Below, piece after piece: positions 26,771-36,039 of a DNA stretch of 64,000 nt (position 1 is its first letter; every line of letters begins with the position of its first letter). This DNA comes from an uncultured Candidatus Actinomarina sp. (GTDB lineage: Bacteria; Actinomycetota; Acidimicrobiia; Actinomarinales; Actinomarinaceae). The stretch covers positions 23,626 to 87,625 of the forward strand of contig CACJJR010000003.1 in the NCBI GenBank assembly GCA_902593795.1. Direction: 5' to 3'. Under the pieces are notes generated by a model. The model was not told the DNA's origin, did not search any database, and was given only the letters and a program-made list of their open reading frames with translations. The position numbers and the translations under genes are program-made.

Positions 26771-27746
26771 TATTTTTTATATTTTCTCTAATTGAGTTTA
26801 AATATAGACCAACTGCTACCAGCACTCCACCTACCAAGAAAAGAATTAAAGGTGGCCAAATATTGTCTGGAAGCAATTCTGTTATAAGCCTTGGAAGATT
26901 GATTACTAAACCCAAACCACCTATGTAAAAAATGACTTGTTCAGAGAGCTGGATACTTGCCCACACAAAAAGAACTGAACCTAAGATCAAAAATATTATC
27001 TCAAGTAAGTCATTATCGCCAAACAAGTTGTCTATCAAAATGATCGAGCCAATAGAAATTGTTGAAGTAGAAAGAAAGTAACCCAACCAACTAGGTCCAA
27101 GGATCTTATTAAAAGTGTAAAGACCCCAAATTAATCCAATTGAAATTAAAAATAAACCTCCAGCCCATGCCTCAATATTTGGAAAAATTATATTACCTAG
27201 AGAACCTAGGAAAAATATTGATGAATAAAAAAGAGCTGCATGTTGAAAGATTTGTCGAGTTCTAGAGTAAAAGTACAAAGAATAAACAGTAACAAAAAAC
27301 GAAACAATTAAAATCTGGATATCTTCTGAAATGTACTGGCTTGTTGATCGATTGATAATACTAACTGTAAAAACTACTACAGAACCAAAAGAAATTGTTG
27401 ATATTAAATAAAGAACAGAAGATACACGTTCTGATGATTTAAAAATAAATATACTTTTGTCTTCAAATTTTTCACTGTAATTTGCTGCGTAGATAAGAAA
27501 AAAAGTTGTAACTATTAATAGGAGTAATTGTGCCCAATAGGTCAAATTATCCCATATTAAAGGAAGTGTGCCTAGCAAGCCTGAAAGCAAAAATAGGCTA
27601 CCAATTAATGTTATGGCCTTGGCTACTTTGGATTTTTGAGATGGATTTAGATTCTTTTCATAATCTAAAATTTTTTTGTAATCTGATTCAGAAATTAGAT
27701 TATTCTCTAGCCACTTATTGAGAGAGTTAAGAATTTTTTTGTCCAT
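26763..27746 (-). CDS. Polytopic membrane protein (DUF2157-like)
   Basis: A soluble N-terminal helix pair (LNKWLENNLISESDYKKILDYE) followed by about 9 TM segments. Family assignment is tentative. Confidence 0.6.
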   Translation of the reverse strand: MDKKILNSLNKWLENNLISESDYKKILDYEKNLNPSQKSKVAKAITLIGSLFLLSGLLGTLPLIWDNLTYWAQLLLLIVTTFFLIYAANYSEKFEDKSIFIFKSSERVSSVLYLISTISFGSVVVFTVSIINRSTSQYISEDIQILIVSFFVTVYSLYFYSRTRQIFQHAALFYSSIFFLGSLGNIIFPNIEAWAGGLFLISIGLIWGLYTFNKILGPSWLGYFLSTSTISIGSIILIDNLFGDNDLLEIIFLILGSVLFVWASIQLSEQVIFYIGGLGLVINLPRLITELLPDNIWPPLILFLVGGVLVAVGLYLNSIRENIKNND

Positions 27747-27825
27747 AAAATTATCATAATCAATTAAAATTTCATCTCACTAAATTTTGTTTATAATCTA
27801 AACTTTAAAGAGACTTTATTGTTAT

Positions 27826-27907
27826 GCCGAGATGCCCGAGCGGCCAAAGGGAGCAGACTGTAAATCTGCCGGCTACGCCTTCGTAGGTTCGAATCCTACT
27901 CTCGGCA
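27826..27907 (+). tRNA. tRNA-Tyr (GTA)
   Basis: Hand-folded. Acceptor GCCGAGA/TCTCGGC, anticodon arm GCAGA-CTGTAAA-TCTGC, long variable arm, T-arm GTAGG-TTCGAAT-CCTAC. CCA not encoded. Confidence 0.9.
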
Positions 27908-27912
27908 CTAAA

Positions 27913-27985
27913 GCCCTCTTAGCTCAGTTGGTAGAGCACTTCCATGGTAAGGAAGAGGTCTCCGGTTCAATCCCGGAAGAGGGCT
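27913..27985 (+). tRNA. tRNA-Thr (GGT)
   Basis: Acceptor GCCCTCT/AGAGGGC, anticodon arm CTTCC-ATGGTAA-GGAAG, T-arm TCCGG-TTCAATC-CCGGA. Confidence 0.9.
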
Positions 27986-28007
27986 CAGAGGCTAAACTAA
28001 GTCTTAA

Positions 28008-28081
28008 GGCGGCGTAGCTCAGTTGGTAAGAGCGCACGACTCATAATCGTGAGGTCGGCAGTTCAAGTCTGCCCGCCGCTA
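28008..28081 (+). tRNA. tRNA-Met (CAT), elongator type
   Basis: Acceptor GGCGGCG/CGCCGCT (1-72 paired as G-U), anticodon arm CACGA-CTCATAA-TCGTG (no GGG/CCC initiator signature), T-arm GGCAG-TTCAAGT-CTGCC. Confidence 0.88.
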
Positions 28082-28104
28082 CAAAGTTAAGAAAGGATAA
28101 CAAA

Positions 28105-28266
28105 ATGGCATCTGATAAAAGGCCACCTATTACGTTAGTTTGTACAGAAACTGGTGATCACAACTATGTGATCACTAAAAATAAGACAAATACACCAGAT
28201 AGGCTAGAGTTGATGAAATACAGCCCTAGGTTAAGAAAACATACATTACATAGAGAAAAAAGGTAG
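28105..28266 (+). CDS. rpmG: 50S ribosomal protein L33 (Cys-poor, zinc-independent type)
   Basis: Not in the ORF track (53 aa). Translation is [53 protein letters not shown]. Conserved position after tRNA-Thr/Met. Confidence 0.9.
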   Translation: MASDKRPPITLVCTETGDHNYVITKNKTNTPDRLELMKYSPRLRKHTLHREKR

Positions 28267-28303
28267 ATTTATCAACTTTTCATAATTATCCTTATAAAAG
28301 ATA

Positions 28304-28888
28304 ATGAATAATATTTCTAATTTAGAAAACTACAGTAACGATATATCCAATGCTGAATTAGTCAAAAAGTCACAATTTGGTGACAAATCTGCATTTGAGC
28401 AATTAGTTGTTCGTCATCAAGATTTAGTATTTTCTCTAGCTTATAAGCTTACAGGCAATAGAGAGATGGCCAATGATGTTGCCCAAGAGTCTTTTATTAG
28501 AGCATGGAAAGCTATTGAAAAATTTCGCGGAGATTCTACTTTTAGTACATGGATTTATCGAATTACTGTCAATACTGCATGGACTTTACGTAAAAAAGCA
28601 AAAAAGCATAACACATTAAATATTGAAGACACTTATGAACCAATTGTTATAGATGAAAAAAAGGATCCCGAATTAGTAGCGATTAATTCTGATCTGTCTT
28701 CTGTACTTGTAGGAGCTCTTGATAAAATCCCAATGGATCAAAGAATAATAGTTGAGCTAAAAAATATTGAAGGAAGGTCACATAAAGAAATTGCAGAAAT
28801 TTTAGGAATAAGTGTTACTGCAGCGAAAGTAAGACTTCACAGAGCACATCAAAAATTGAGACAAATTTTAGAGGAAGTTGAGAGATGA
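28304..28888 (+). CDS. ECF-type RNA polymerase sigma factor
   Basis: Region 2 (DVAQESFIRAWKAIEKFRGDSTFSTWIYRITVN) and region 4 (HKEIAEILGISVTAAKVRLHRA). Confidence 0.9.
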   Translation: MNNISNLENYSNDISNAELVKKSQFGDKSAFEQLVVRHQDLVFSLAYKLTGNREMANDVAQESFIRAWKAIEKFRGDSTFSTWIYRITVNTAWTLRKKAKKHNTLNIEDTYEPIVIDEKKDPELVAINSDLSSVLVGALDKIPMDQRIIVELKNIEGRSHKEIAEILGISVTAAKVRLHRAHQKLRQILEEVER

Positions 28889-29259
28889 AAAGTATTATTA
28901 AAAATCTTAGAAATAACATACTTTGTAAAAGGACAAGAAACAAAATGTTGTCTTCATACTTGAGCAGTCAGTATTTTGGATTTGACAGTAATCCTCATGC
29001 ATCAGCGTGTATTAAATGCCAAGTTTCTGGTAAGAGATATAAAGCTTTTAAAGAAGAATTAGAAAATGAGTTAAGAAAAGAAGTAGAAGCTCCTACAGAC
29101 TTTGCTTCAAAAGTAATGTCATCTTTAGATAAAAAAGTAAAAACTACTACAAGTAAGAGCACAAAAATAATATTATTGACATTGCTCGGAATATTATCAA
29201 TTGTATTTTTGGTATTTGGGCAAAGACGCTCGTCTAACAAATTAGAGAGGGAGCAATAA
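28885..29259 (+). CDS. Membrane-anchored zinc-binding anti-sigma factor (ZAS, zf-HC2 type)
   Basis: Overlaps the sigma gene stop (ATGA). C14...H38-x3-C42-x2-C45 motif (NPHASACIKCQ), a single TM (IILLTLLGILSIVFLVF) and a very short external tail. Confidence 0.8.
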   Translation: MKSIIKNLRNNILCKRTRNKMLSSYLSSQYFGFDSNPHASACIKCQVSGKRYKAFKEELENELRKEVEAPTDFASKVMSSLDKKVKTTTSKSTKIILLTLLGILSIVFLVFGQRRSSNKLEREQ

Positions 29260-29262
29260 CTT

Positions 29263-29336
29263 AGGGGTGTAGCTCTAATTGGCAGAGCGACGGTCTCCAA
29301 AACCGTAGGTTGTGAGTTCGAGTCTCACCGCCCCTG
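29263..29336 (+). tRNA. tRNA-Trp (CCA)
   Basis: Acceptor AGGGGTG/CGCCCCT, anticodon arm ACGGT-CTCCAAA-ACCGT, T-arm GTGAG-TTCGAGT-CTCAC. Confidence 0.9.
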
Positions 29337-29347
29337 CAGAGGTATTT

Positions 29348-29650
29348 ATGAATGAAATGAATAGAGAAATGAGAAGAATGTCAGAGCGTGAAGAGCGCTT
29401 GGCAAAAAAAGCTGAAAGAAATATTGGAAAATATCAATCTGGCGAAAAAGTCTCAAGACTTAAAAGAGTCTCAAATTATCTTGGAGAAGTAAAGACAGAA
29501 CTTAAAAGAGTCAATTGGCCTAGCTATTCTACACTGTCATCCTTCACCATTGTGACAGTTGTTACGATTGCATTTTTTACTTTTTTTATTTTTGGAATGG
29601 ACTTTAGTTTTAAAAATACATTGATTAATCTATTATCTTTCGGAGAATAA
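29348..29650 (+). CDS. secE: Preprotein translocase subunit SecE
   Basis: ATG 29348 follows GAGG. The ORF-track start at 29312 lies inside tRNA-Trp. VSNYLGEVKTELKRVNWPS plus a C-terminal TM are typical of SecE. Confidence 0.9.
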   Translation: MNEMNREMRRMSEREERLAKKAERNIGKYQSGEKVSRLKRVSNYLGEVKTELKRVNWPSYSTLSSFTIVTVVTIAFFTFFIFGMDFSFKNTLINLLSFGE

Positions 29651-30280
29651 ATGTTAGAAGATACTGCAACAACTGAAGAGTCAACAACTAATGAAGAAAC
29701 TGAAATTGATGAACCAGTTTTATCTGAACATCCCTATGACCTTCCCGGAGAGTGGTTTGTTCTGAATGCTCAATCTGGTCATGAAAAAAAAGTAAAAACC
29801 AATATATTAACAAGAATTAAAAATCTTCACTTAGAAGATAAGGTTTATGATGTTGTAATTCCTACTGATGAAGTTGTTGAAATCCGTAATGGTAAAAAAG
29901 TTAATTTAGAAAAAAAGACATTTCCTGGATATGTACTAGTAAGAATGGATCTTGACGACACCACATGGTATGAAATTAGAAATACTCCATCAATTATTGG
30001 ATTTGTTGGTTCAGGTAAAAGACCGATATCCTTGTCTAGAAGAGAAATTGAAAGAATTCTTGGTTCTAATGAAGTTGAAGAAGTTAAGAAAGAATCACCT
30101 AAATTTAAACCAGATTTTGAAGTAGGAGAAACAGTAAGGGTAACTACTGGCCCATTTGCTGACTTTAATGGCATTATTGAAGAAATTAATTTAGATCAAT
30201 CAAAAGTTACAGTTTTAGTTAATATATTTGGACGAGAAACTCCAGTTGAATTGGGTTTCACAGATATAGTCAAAAATTAA
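29651..30280 (+). CDS. nusG: Transcription termination/antitermination factor NusG
   Basis: WFVLNAQSGHEKKV (NGN domain) and a C-terminal KOW (GETVRVTTGPFADFNGIIEEI), with an acidic N-terminal extension. Confidence 0.95.
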   Translation: MLEDTATTEESTTNEETEIDEPVLSEHPYDLPGEWFVLNAQSGHEKKVKTNILTRIKNLHLEDKVYDVVIPTDEVVEIRNGKKVNLEKKTFPGYVLVRMDLDDTTWYEIRNTPSIIGFVGSGKRPISLSRREIERILGSNEVEEVKKESPKFKPDFEVGETVRVTTGPFADFNGIIEEINLDQSKVTVLVNIFGRETPVELGFTDIVKN

Positions 30281-30289
30281 GGAATAAAT

Positions 30290-30715
30290 ATGTCAAAACC
30301 CCTAAAAGCATTATTAAAGCTCCAAATACCTGGTGGAGGGGCTACGCCTGCACCTCCGGTTGGTTCTGCATTAGGTCAGTATGGAGTCAACATAATGGAC
30401 TTTGTTCAAGCTTTCAATAATGATACTGCTAGTCGGCAAGGAGAGACCGTACCAGTTGAAATTACAATTTATGAAGATAACTCCTTCACATTTGTAACAA
30501 AGACAGCGCCTGCTTCTTATTTAATTAAAAAAGCAATTGGCATTTCATCTGGCTCTGCTGAACCACATAAAGAAAAAGTAGCTGCAATTACACGAGATCA
30601 ACTAAAAAATATTGCAGAAGCAAAAATGGAAGATTTGAATGCTAATGATATAGATGCTGCAATTTCAATTATTGCAGGAACAGCTAGATCTATGGGAGTA
30701 ACTGTAGAAAACTAG
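30290..30715 (+). CDS. rplK: 50S ribosomal protein L11
   Basis: [28 protein letters not shown]. Confidence 0.97.
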   Translation: MSKPLKALLKLQIPGGGATPAPPVGSALGQYGVNIMDFVQAFNNDTASRQGETVPVEITIYEDNSFTFVTKTAPASYLIKKAIGISSGSAEPHKEKVAAITRDQLKNIAEAKMEDLNANDIDAAISIIAGTARSMGVTVEN

Positions 30716-30725
30716 ATTTATTTAT

Positions 30726-30760
30726 TTTGGGAGACTAGAAGTCGTATGTACCAAAGGAGG
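30726..30760 (+). promoter_or_regulatory. Possible L1-binding mRNA structure abutting the rplA RBS
   Basis: The outer pairing TTTGG (30726-30730)/CCAAA (30751-30755) encloses GGGAGAC-TAGAA-GTC. AGGAGG follows immediately. By-eye fold only. Confidence 0.25.
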
Positions 30761-30764
30761 AAAT

Positions 30765-31451
30765 ATGAAAAAAATAGGAAAAAAATATAAATTAGCTAAA
30801 GAAGCAATGCCTTCTGAAAAGCAATCAAAAACTGATGCTATTAGTTTGTGCAAGAACAATGCAACAGCAAATTTTGATGAATCAGTAGATGTAGCTTTTT
30901 CACTTGGCATAGATACAAAAGATGCAGAACAAAATATAAGAACTACCGTATCTTTACCAAATGGTTCTGGCAAAGATGTCAAGATTGCAGTTTTTGCTGG
31001 AGGGGAGGCTTTGACAGAAGCTGAGGCAGCTGGAGCTGAGATAGTTGGTGGAAAAGAGTTAGCTACTAAAGTAGCTTCAGATGAAAAACTAGATGCTGAT
31101 GTGGTTATCTCAACACCTGAAATGATGGCTGAGGTTGGTCAGTTAGGTAAAATACTTGGACCACAAGGCTTGATGCCTAATCCAAAGACAGGAACAGTAA
31201 CACCAAATGTAGGCAAAGCTGTCGAAGATTTTAAAAAAGGAAAAGTAGAGATAAAAAATGACAAATTAGGAAATGTACACCTTTCGATAGGTAAAGTTTC
31301 TTTCGATGAATCAAAGCTGGCAGAAAACTTGGAAGAAGTGATTGCTGTATTGAGTAAAGCTAAACCATCATCATCAAAAGGTGAATTTATAAAGACAATG
31401 CATATGTCTTCTACTATGGGCCCTTCTATTACTGTTGACATAAACATCTAA
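30765..31451 (+). CDS. rplA: 50S ribosomal protein L1
   Basis: [33 protein letters not shown]. Confidence 0.97.
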   Translation: MKKIGKKYKLAKEAMPSEKQSKTDAISLCKNNATANFDESVDVAFSLGIDTKDAEQNIRTTVSLPNGSGKDVKIAVFAGGEALTEAEAAGAEIVGGKELATKVASDEKLDADVVISTPEMMAEVGQLGKILGPQGLMPNPKTGTVTPNVGKAVEDFKKGKVEIKNDKLGNVHLSIGKVSFDESKLAENLEEVIAVLSKAKPSSSKGEFIKTMHMSSTMGPSITVDINI

Positions 31452-31503
31452 ATAATTTGCATTTATTTTCATATATGGTTTATATTTAAATCTGACAATT
31501 AAA

Positions 31504-31560
31504 ACCAAAGACCGTTAGTTATTTTGTAAATCTAACGTAGGTAAAACTTTTAAGTCCTTG
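31504..31560 (+). promoter_or_regulatory. Structured rplJ leader (candidate L10(L12)4 autoregulatory element)
   Basis: The outer stem CCAAAGAC (31504-31511)/GTCCTTGG (31553-31560, one mismatch) encloses the hairpin CGTTAG-N13-CTAACG (31512-31536). It lies in a 128-nt intergenic region upstream of rplJ. Confidence 0.35.
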
Positions 31561-31579
31561 GTATATAAGGATTTTTTTT

Positions 31580-32173
31580 ATGGTAAGAGAAGATAAAGTT
31601 CAAGTCGTTAAAGACTTAGAGGAATTATTCAAGTCAGCCAATGCTTTAGTGCTCGCAGAATATCGAGGATTAACTGTTACTCAGCAAACAAAACTCAGAA
31701 GAGAATTAAAAAATGCAGGAGCATCATTTAATGTTGTGAAGATGTCTTTAGCAAAAAGAGCTGCTGAAAATATAGGCTTAGATTCTTTAAATGAATATTT
31801 TGCTGGCCCAACTGGAGTGGCTGTAATTGAATCAGATCCTGTTGAAGCTGCAAAAGTTATAAAGGAGTTTTCGAAAGAAAATGAAGCTTTTGTAATTAAA
31901 GGTGGTTTGATGGACTCTGAACCACTTACTCTTGATCAAATTAATGTTTTGGCTGAAATTGAGCCTAGAGATGTACTCTTAGCAAAGATTGCTGGTGGTT
32001 TTAATGCTCCATTAGTAAAAGTTGCAGCTAGTGCAAAAGCTGTTATCAATAAAGCTGGATATGCGCTGAGTGCATTAGTAGATAAAAAAGCAAGTGGAGA
32101 AGAAGTTTCTGAAGCAACTAATTCAAATGAAGAAGAAGTAGCTTCTGATGAAGTTAAAAATGAGGAGGAATAA
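31580..32173 (+). CDS. rplJ: 50S ribosomal protein L10
   Basis: LAEYRGLTVTQQTKLRRELK, with an acidic C-terminal tail. Confidence 0.95.
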   Translation: MVREDKVQVVKDLEELFKSANALVLAEYRGLTVTQQTKLRRELKNAGASFNVVKMSLAKRAAENIGLDSLNEYFAGPTGVAVIESDPVEAAKVIKEFSKENEAFVIKGGLMDSEPLTLDQINVLAEIEPRDVLLAKIAGGFNAPLVKVAASAKAVINKAGYALSALVDKKASGEEVSEATNSNEEEVASDEVKNEEE

Positions 32174-32176
32174 CTA

Positions 32177-32560
32177 ATGGCAAAAATGACAAGTGATGAG
32201 TTGCTTGGTGTCTTTGAAGAAATGACTGTTTTGGAACTAAAAGAGTTTTTAGATGCGTTTGAAGAAAAGTTCGACGTTACTGCTGCTGCTCCTATAGCTG
32301 TAGCGGCTGCTCCAGCTGGTGGAGGAGATGACGGAGGCGCTGCTGAAAAAGATTCTTTTGATGTAGTTCTAGCTGAAGCTGGATCACAGAAAATTCAAGT
32401 CATCAAAGAAGTTAGAGGACTTACAAGTCTTGGGCTAAAAGAAGCAAAAGAACTTGTTGATGGTGCTCCATCGGACATTTTAACTGGCGCGTCTAAGGAA
32501 GATGCTGATAAAGCAAAAGAAGCCTTAGAGGGTGCTGGCGCAACTGTAGAACTCAAATAA
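32177..32560 (+). CDS. rplL: 50S ribosomal protein L7/L12
   Basis: Ala-rich hinge, [27 protein letters not shown]. Confidence 0.97.
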   Translation: MAKMTSDELLGVFEEMTVLELKEFLDAFEEKFDVTAAAPIAVAAAPAGGGDDGGAAEKDSFDVVLAEAGSQKIQVIKEVRGLTSLGLKEAKELVDGAPSDILTGASKEDADKAKEALEGAGATVELK

Positions 32561-32643
32561 TTTATTAATTATTTGTTTGCTTAAATAATAAGTACTAATA
32601 TACTCTACCTTTCGGGTAGCTGTTATTTAATTTTTGAGGAGGC

Positions 32644-35600
32644 TTGTTGTCCGCTGTTCAGAATTCTAGACTTTCATTTGCAAAAATTCCTAAAGTTCTA
32701 GATATTCCAGATTTATTAATTATACAAAAAGATTCTTTTAAGTGGTTTATTGAAGAGGGTCTCAAAGAAATATTGGATGAAATTTCTCCTATTGAAGATT
32801 TTTCTGGACGGTTTTCTCTTGAATTTCTTAATCACTATTTTGAAGAACCATTAAAAACTCTTGAAGAATGTAAGATAACAGATTCCACTTATTCCCAGCC
32901 ACTTTACGTAACTGCACAATTTTTAGATCGTGAAACTGGTCAAATAAAACAACAAACAGTTTTTCTCGGTGATTTTCCTATTATGTCAGATACTGGCACT
33001 TTTATAATCAATGGAACAGAAAGAGTGATTGTAAGCCAGCTTGTAAGATCTCCAGGCGTTTACTTCTCACAAGAAATAGATAAAACATCTGATAAGGAAG
33101 TCTTTATTGGGAAAATGATTCCGGGTAGAGGTGCTTGGTTAGAGTTTGATACTGATAAAAGAGACACATTAGGTGTGAGAGTTGACAGAAAAAGAAGACA
33201 GCATATTACTGGCTTTTTAATGGCTCTTGATGTTATTGAAAGTAAAGAAGAGGCAATTGAACTACTTGGAGATTATCCATCTGTTAGAAACACTATTGAA
33301 AGAGATCCAGATACAACAAGAGATGCAGCTTTAATTGACTTATATAGAAAATTAAGACCTGGTGAACCTGCGACAGTTGAGTCTGCAAGAAATCTGGTAA
33401 AGCAAATGTTTTACACTCCAAAAAGGTATGACTTGACCAAAGTTGGTAGATACAAGGTTGAACAAAAATTAGGTAGACAATATGGCGAGAAAGATGCTGA
33501 GTCTTACACAACTGAAGATGATGGAATGTTAAGAATTGAAGATATGATTGATTCAATAAAATATGTAATCGCTCTACATGCTGGCGAAGAAAGTTTCATC
33601 AATAATAAAGGTAAAGAAATACCTGTTCGTTTAGATGATATTGATCATTTTGGAAACAGGAGAATTAGAACTGTTGGTGAACTAGTACAAAATCAAGTTA
33701 GGGTTGGTCTAAGTAGGCTTGAAAGAGTTGTAAGAGAAAGAATGACTACTCAAGAACCAGAAGCAATAACACCTCAATCATTAATTAATATTCGTCCTAT
33801 TCAAGCAGCTCTAAAAGAATTTTTTGGGACAAGCCAATTAAGCCAGTTTATGGATCAACCGAACCCTATTGCTGGTCTAACACACAGAAGAAGATTATCA
33901 GCCTTAGGTCCTGGAGGTCTTTCAAGAGAGCGAGCAGGCTTTGAGGTTAGGGACGTTCACCCTTCACACTATGGAAGAATGTGTCCAATTGAAACACCTG
34001 AAGGTCCAAACATTGGGCTCATTGGTACTCTTGCTACATACGGAAGAGTTAATAAATTTGGCTTTATTGAAACCCCATACTGGAAAGTTGAAAATGGAGT
34101 TGTTAAAACAAACAAAGCTGTTTATTTGACTGCTGCAGAAGAAGATAATTATACAATTGCTCAGGCAAATGCACCCCTTAAAAATGATGGAACATTTCAA
34201 AATAAAAGAGTGCTATCAAGACAGAATGGCGGAGAAGTAGCATTCGTATCTGATAAAGAAATAGATTTTATGGATGTTAGTCCAAAGCAAATTTGCTCTG
34301 TAACAACTGCTTTAATTCCATTCCTTGAGCACGATGATGCCAACAGAGCATTGATGGGTTCGAATATGCAGAGGCAGGCTGTACCATTAGTGAAAACTGA
34401 AGCACCATATGTCGGAACTGGTATGGAAGAAAATGTGGCTCGTGACTCTGGAGAAGCATTAATTTCAAATATAGCAGGAACTGTTCAAGAAGTTTCTGGT
34501 GATGAAATCGCTGTAAAAGAAGAAGGAACTAACAAAAAACACAGATTTAATGTATTAAAGTTCAAAAGATCAAACCAAGCAACTAGTTGGAACCAAAAAC
34601 CATTAGTTAAGGTTGGGACAAAGGTAAAACCTGGAGATGTTTTAGCAGATGGTCCAAGCACGCAGGGCGGGGAATTAGCACTTGGTAAGAATTTACTTGT
34701 TGGATATATGCCATGGGATGGATACAACTTTGAGGATTCAATTGTAATCTCGGAAAGATTAGTAAAAGAAGATGTTTTAACTTCAGTACATATCGCTGAA
34801 CATGAAATAGAGGCACGAGATACAAAACTTGGTGAAGAGGAAATAACAAGAGACATTCCAAATGTTGCTGAAGAAGTTTTAATGGACTTAGACGAAATGG
34901 GAATTGTAAGAATTGGAGCAGAGGTTTCTCCAGGAGATTATCTTGTTGGGAAAGTCACACCAAAAGGAGAGACCGAGTTGACTCCTGAAGAAAGGCTGTT
35001 GAGAGCAATTTTTGGTGAAAAAGCGAGGGAAGTGAGAGATACTTCTTTACGTGTTCCTCATGGTGAAAGAGGAAAAGTTATTGATGTACAAATCTTGAAG
35101 CGTGATGATGGTGAAGACTTGCCTCCTGGAGTAAATCAAAAAGTTAGAGTTTACGTTGCTATACAAAGAAAAATTCAAGTTGGAGATAAGCTATCTGGTC
35201 GTCATGGTAATAAAGGAGTAATTTCAAAAATTCTTTCAGTAGAAGACATGCCTTATATGGAAGATGGAACTCCAATCGATATCATGCTCTCACCTTTGGG
35301 TGTTCCAAGTAGAATGAACTTAGGCCAAATTCTAGAAACTCATCTTGGGTGGGCTGCTGATCAAGGATGGAATGAATACAAAGGTCAAACTAAAGCATCG
35401 AATGGAGCCAAACCTGGAACATTAATCTCCACCCCAGTTTTTGATGGAGCTGATGAGGATGAAATTCACGAAATTTTGAGAAACGTAAACACTAATAGAG
35501 ATGGAAACCTAATGGTTGATGAAAATGGTAAAGCCACTTTATATGATGGTAGAACAGGTGAATCATTTGATTCTAAAATTACAGTTGGTTATACATATAT

Positions 35601-36036
35601 ATTGAAACTTATACATTTAGTTGATGAAAAGATTCATGCCAGGTCAACTGGACCATACTCTATGATTACTCAACAACCATTGGGCGGTAAAGCACAATTT
35701 GGTGGACAGAGATTTGGAGAAATGGAAGTTTGGGCACTAGAGGCTTATGGAGCAAGTTATGCTTTGCAGGAGCTGCTAACTATTAAATCAGATGATACTG
35801 TTGGAAGAGTTAAGGTGTACGAGTCTATAGTTAAAGGTGATAATATTCCAGAACCAGGTATTCCAGAGTCTTTCAAAGTTCTTCTTAAAGAAATGCAAAG
35901 TTTGTGTTTGAATGTTGAAATATTATCTGCTGGTGAAGAAATTTCAATGAAAGAAATAAGTGATGAATATGTTAAGACTGCGGAGACTCTAGGAATTGAT
36001 ATGACTAGGCCAGAACAAGATGAGGCCGAGGTATAA
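32644..36036 (+). CDS. rpoB: DNA-directed RNA polymerase subunit beta
   Basis: 1130 aa. TTG start after [32 protein letters not shown] (Rif region), [26 protein letters not shown]. Confidence 0.98.
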   Translation: MLSAVQNSRLSFAKIPKVLDIPDLLIIQKDSFKWFIEEGLKEILDEISPIEDFSGRFSLEFLNHYFEEPLKTLEECKITDSTYSQPLYVTAQFLDRETGQIKQQTVFLGDFPIMSDTGTFIINGTERVIVSQLVRSPGVYFSQEIDKTSDKEVFIGKMIPGRGAWLEFDTDKRDTLGVRVDRKRRQHITGFLMALDVIESKEEAIELLGDYPSVRNTIERDPDTTRDAALIDLYRKLRPGEPATVESARNLVKQMFYTPKRYDLTKVGRYKVEQKLGRQYGEKDAESYTTEDDGMLRIEDMIDSIKYVIALHAGEESFINNKGKEIPVRLDDIDHFGNRRIRTVGELVQNQVRVGLSRLERVVRERMTTQEPEAITPQSLINIRPIQAALKEFFGTSQLSQFMDQPNPIAGLTHRRRLSALGPGGLSRERAGFEVRDVHPSHYGRMCPIETPEGPNIGLIGTLATYGRVNKFGFIETPYWKVENGVVKTNKAVYLTAAEEDNYTIAQANAPLKNDGTFQNKRVLSRQNGGEVAFVSDKEIDFMDVSPKQICSVTTALIPFLEHDDANRALMGSNMQRQAVPLVKTEAPYVGTGMEENVARDSGEALISNIAGTVQEVSGDEIAVKEEGTNKKHRFNVLKFKRSNQATSWNQKPLVKVGTKVKPGDVLADGPSTQGGELALGKNLLVGYMPWDGYNFEDSIVISERLVKEDVLTSVHIAEHEIEARDTKLGEEEITRDIPNVAEEVLMDLDEMGIVRIGAEVSPGDYLVGKVTPKGETELTPEERLLRAIFGEKAREVRDTSLRVPHGERGKVIDVQILKRDDGEDLPPGVNQKVRVYVAIQRKIQVGDKLSGRHGNKGVISKILSVEDMPYMEDGTPIDIMLSPLGVPSRMNLGQILETHLGWAADQGWNEYKGQTKASNGAKPGTLISTPVFDGADEDEIHEILRNVNTNRDGNLMVDENGKATLYDGRTGESFDSKITVGYTYILKLIHLVDEKIHARSTGPYSMITQQPLGGKAQFGGQRFGEMEVWALEAYGASYALQELLTIKSDDTVGRVKVYESIVKGDNIPEPGIPESFKVLLKEMQSLCLNVEILSAGEEISMKEISDEYVKTAETLGIDMTRPEQDEAEV

Positions 36037-36039
36037 ATT

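Noticed and set aside
27792-27797. TATAAT hexamer 29 nt upstream of tRNA-Tyr as the tRNA-cluster promoter
   Set aside because: It is plausible, but the -35 region (TTTCAT) is poor and such hexamers occur by chance in AT-rich DNA. It is not reported as a feature.
27832-28017. 61-aa plus-strand ORF
   Set aside because: It lies entirely across tRNA-Tyr and tRNA-Thr and runs into tRNA-Met. It is an artefact of structured RNA genes.
29312-29347. N-terminal extension of the secE ORF
   Set aside because: The extension starts inside tRNA-Trp. ATG 29348 with GAGG upstream gives a normal SecE.
32605-32619. The hairpin CTACC-TTTCG-GGTAG between rplL and rpoB was considered as a terminator
   Set aside because: It has only a 5-bp stem and the T-rich tract is not contiguous. 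At most it is a weak attenuator, so it is not listed as a feature.
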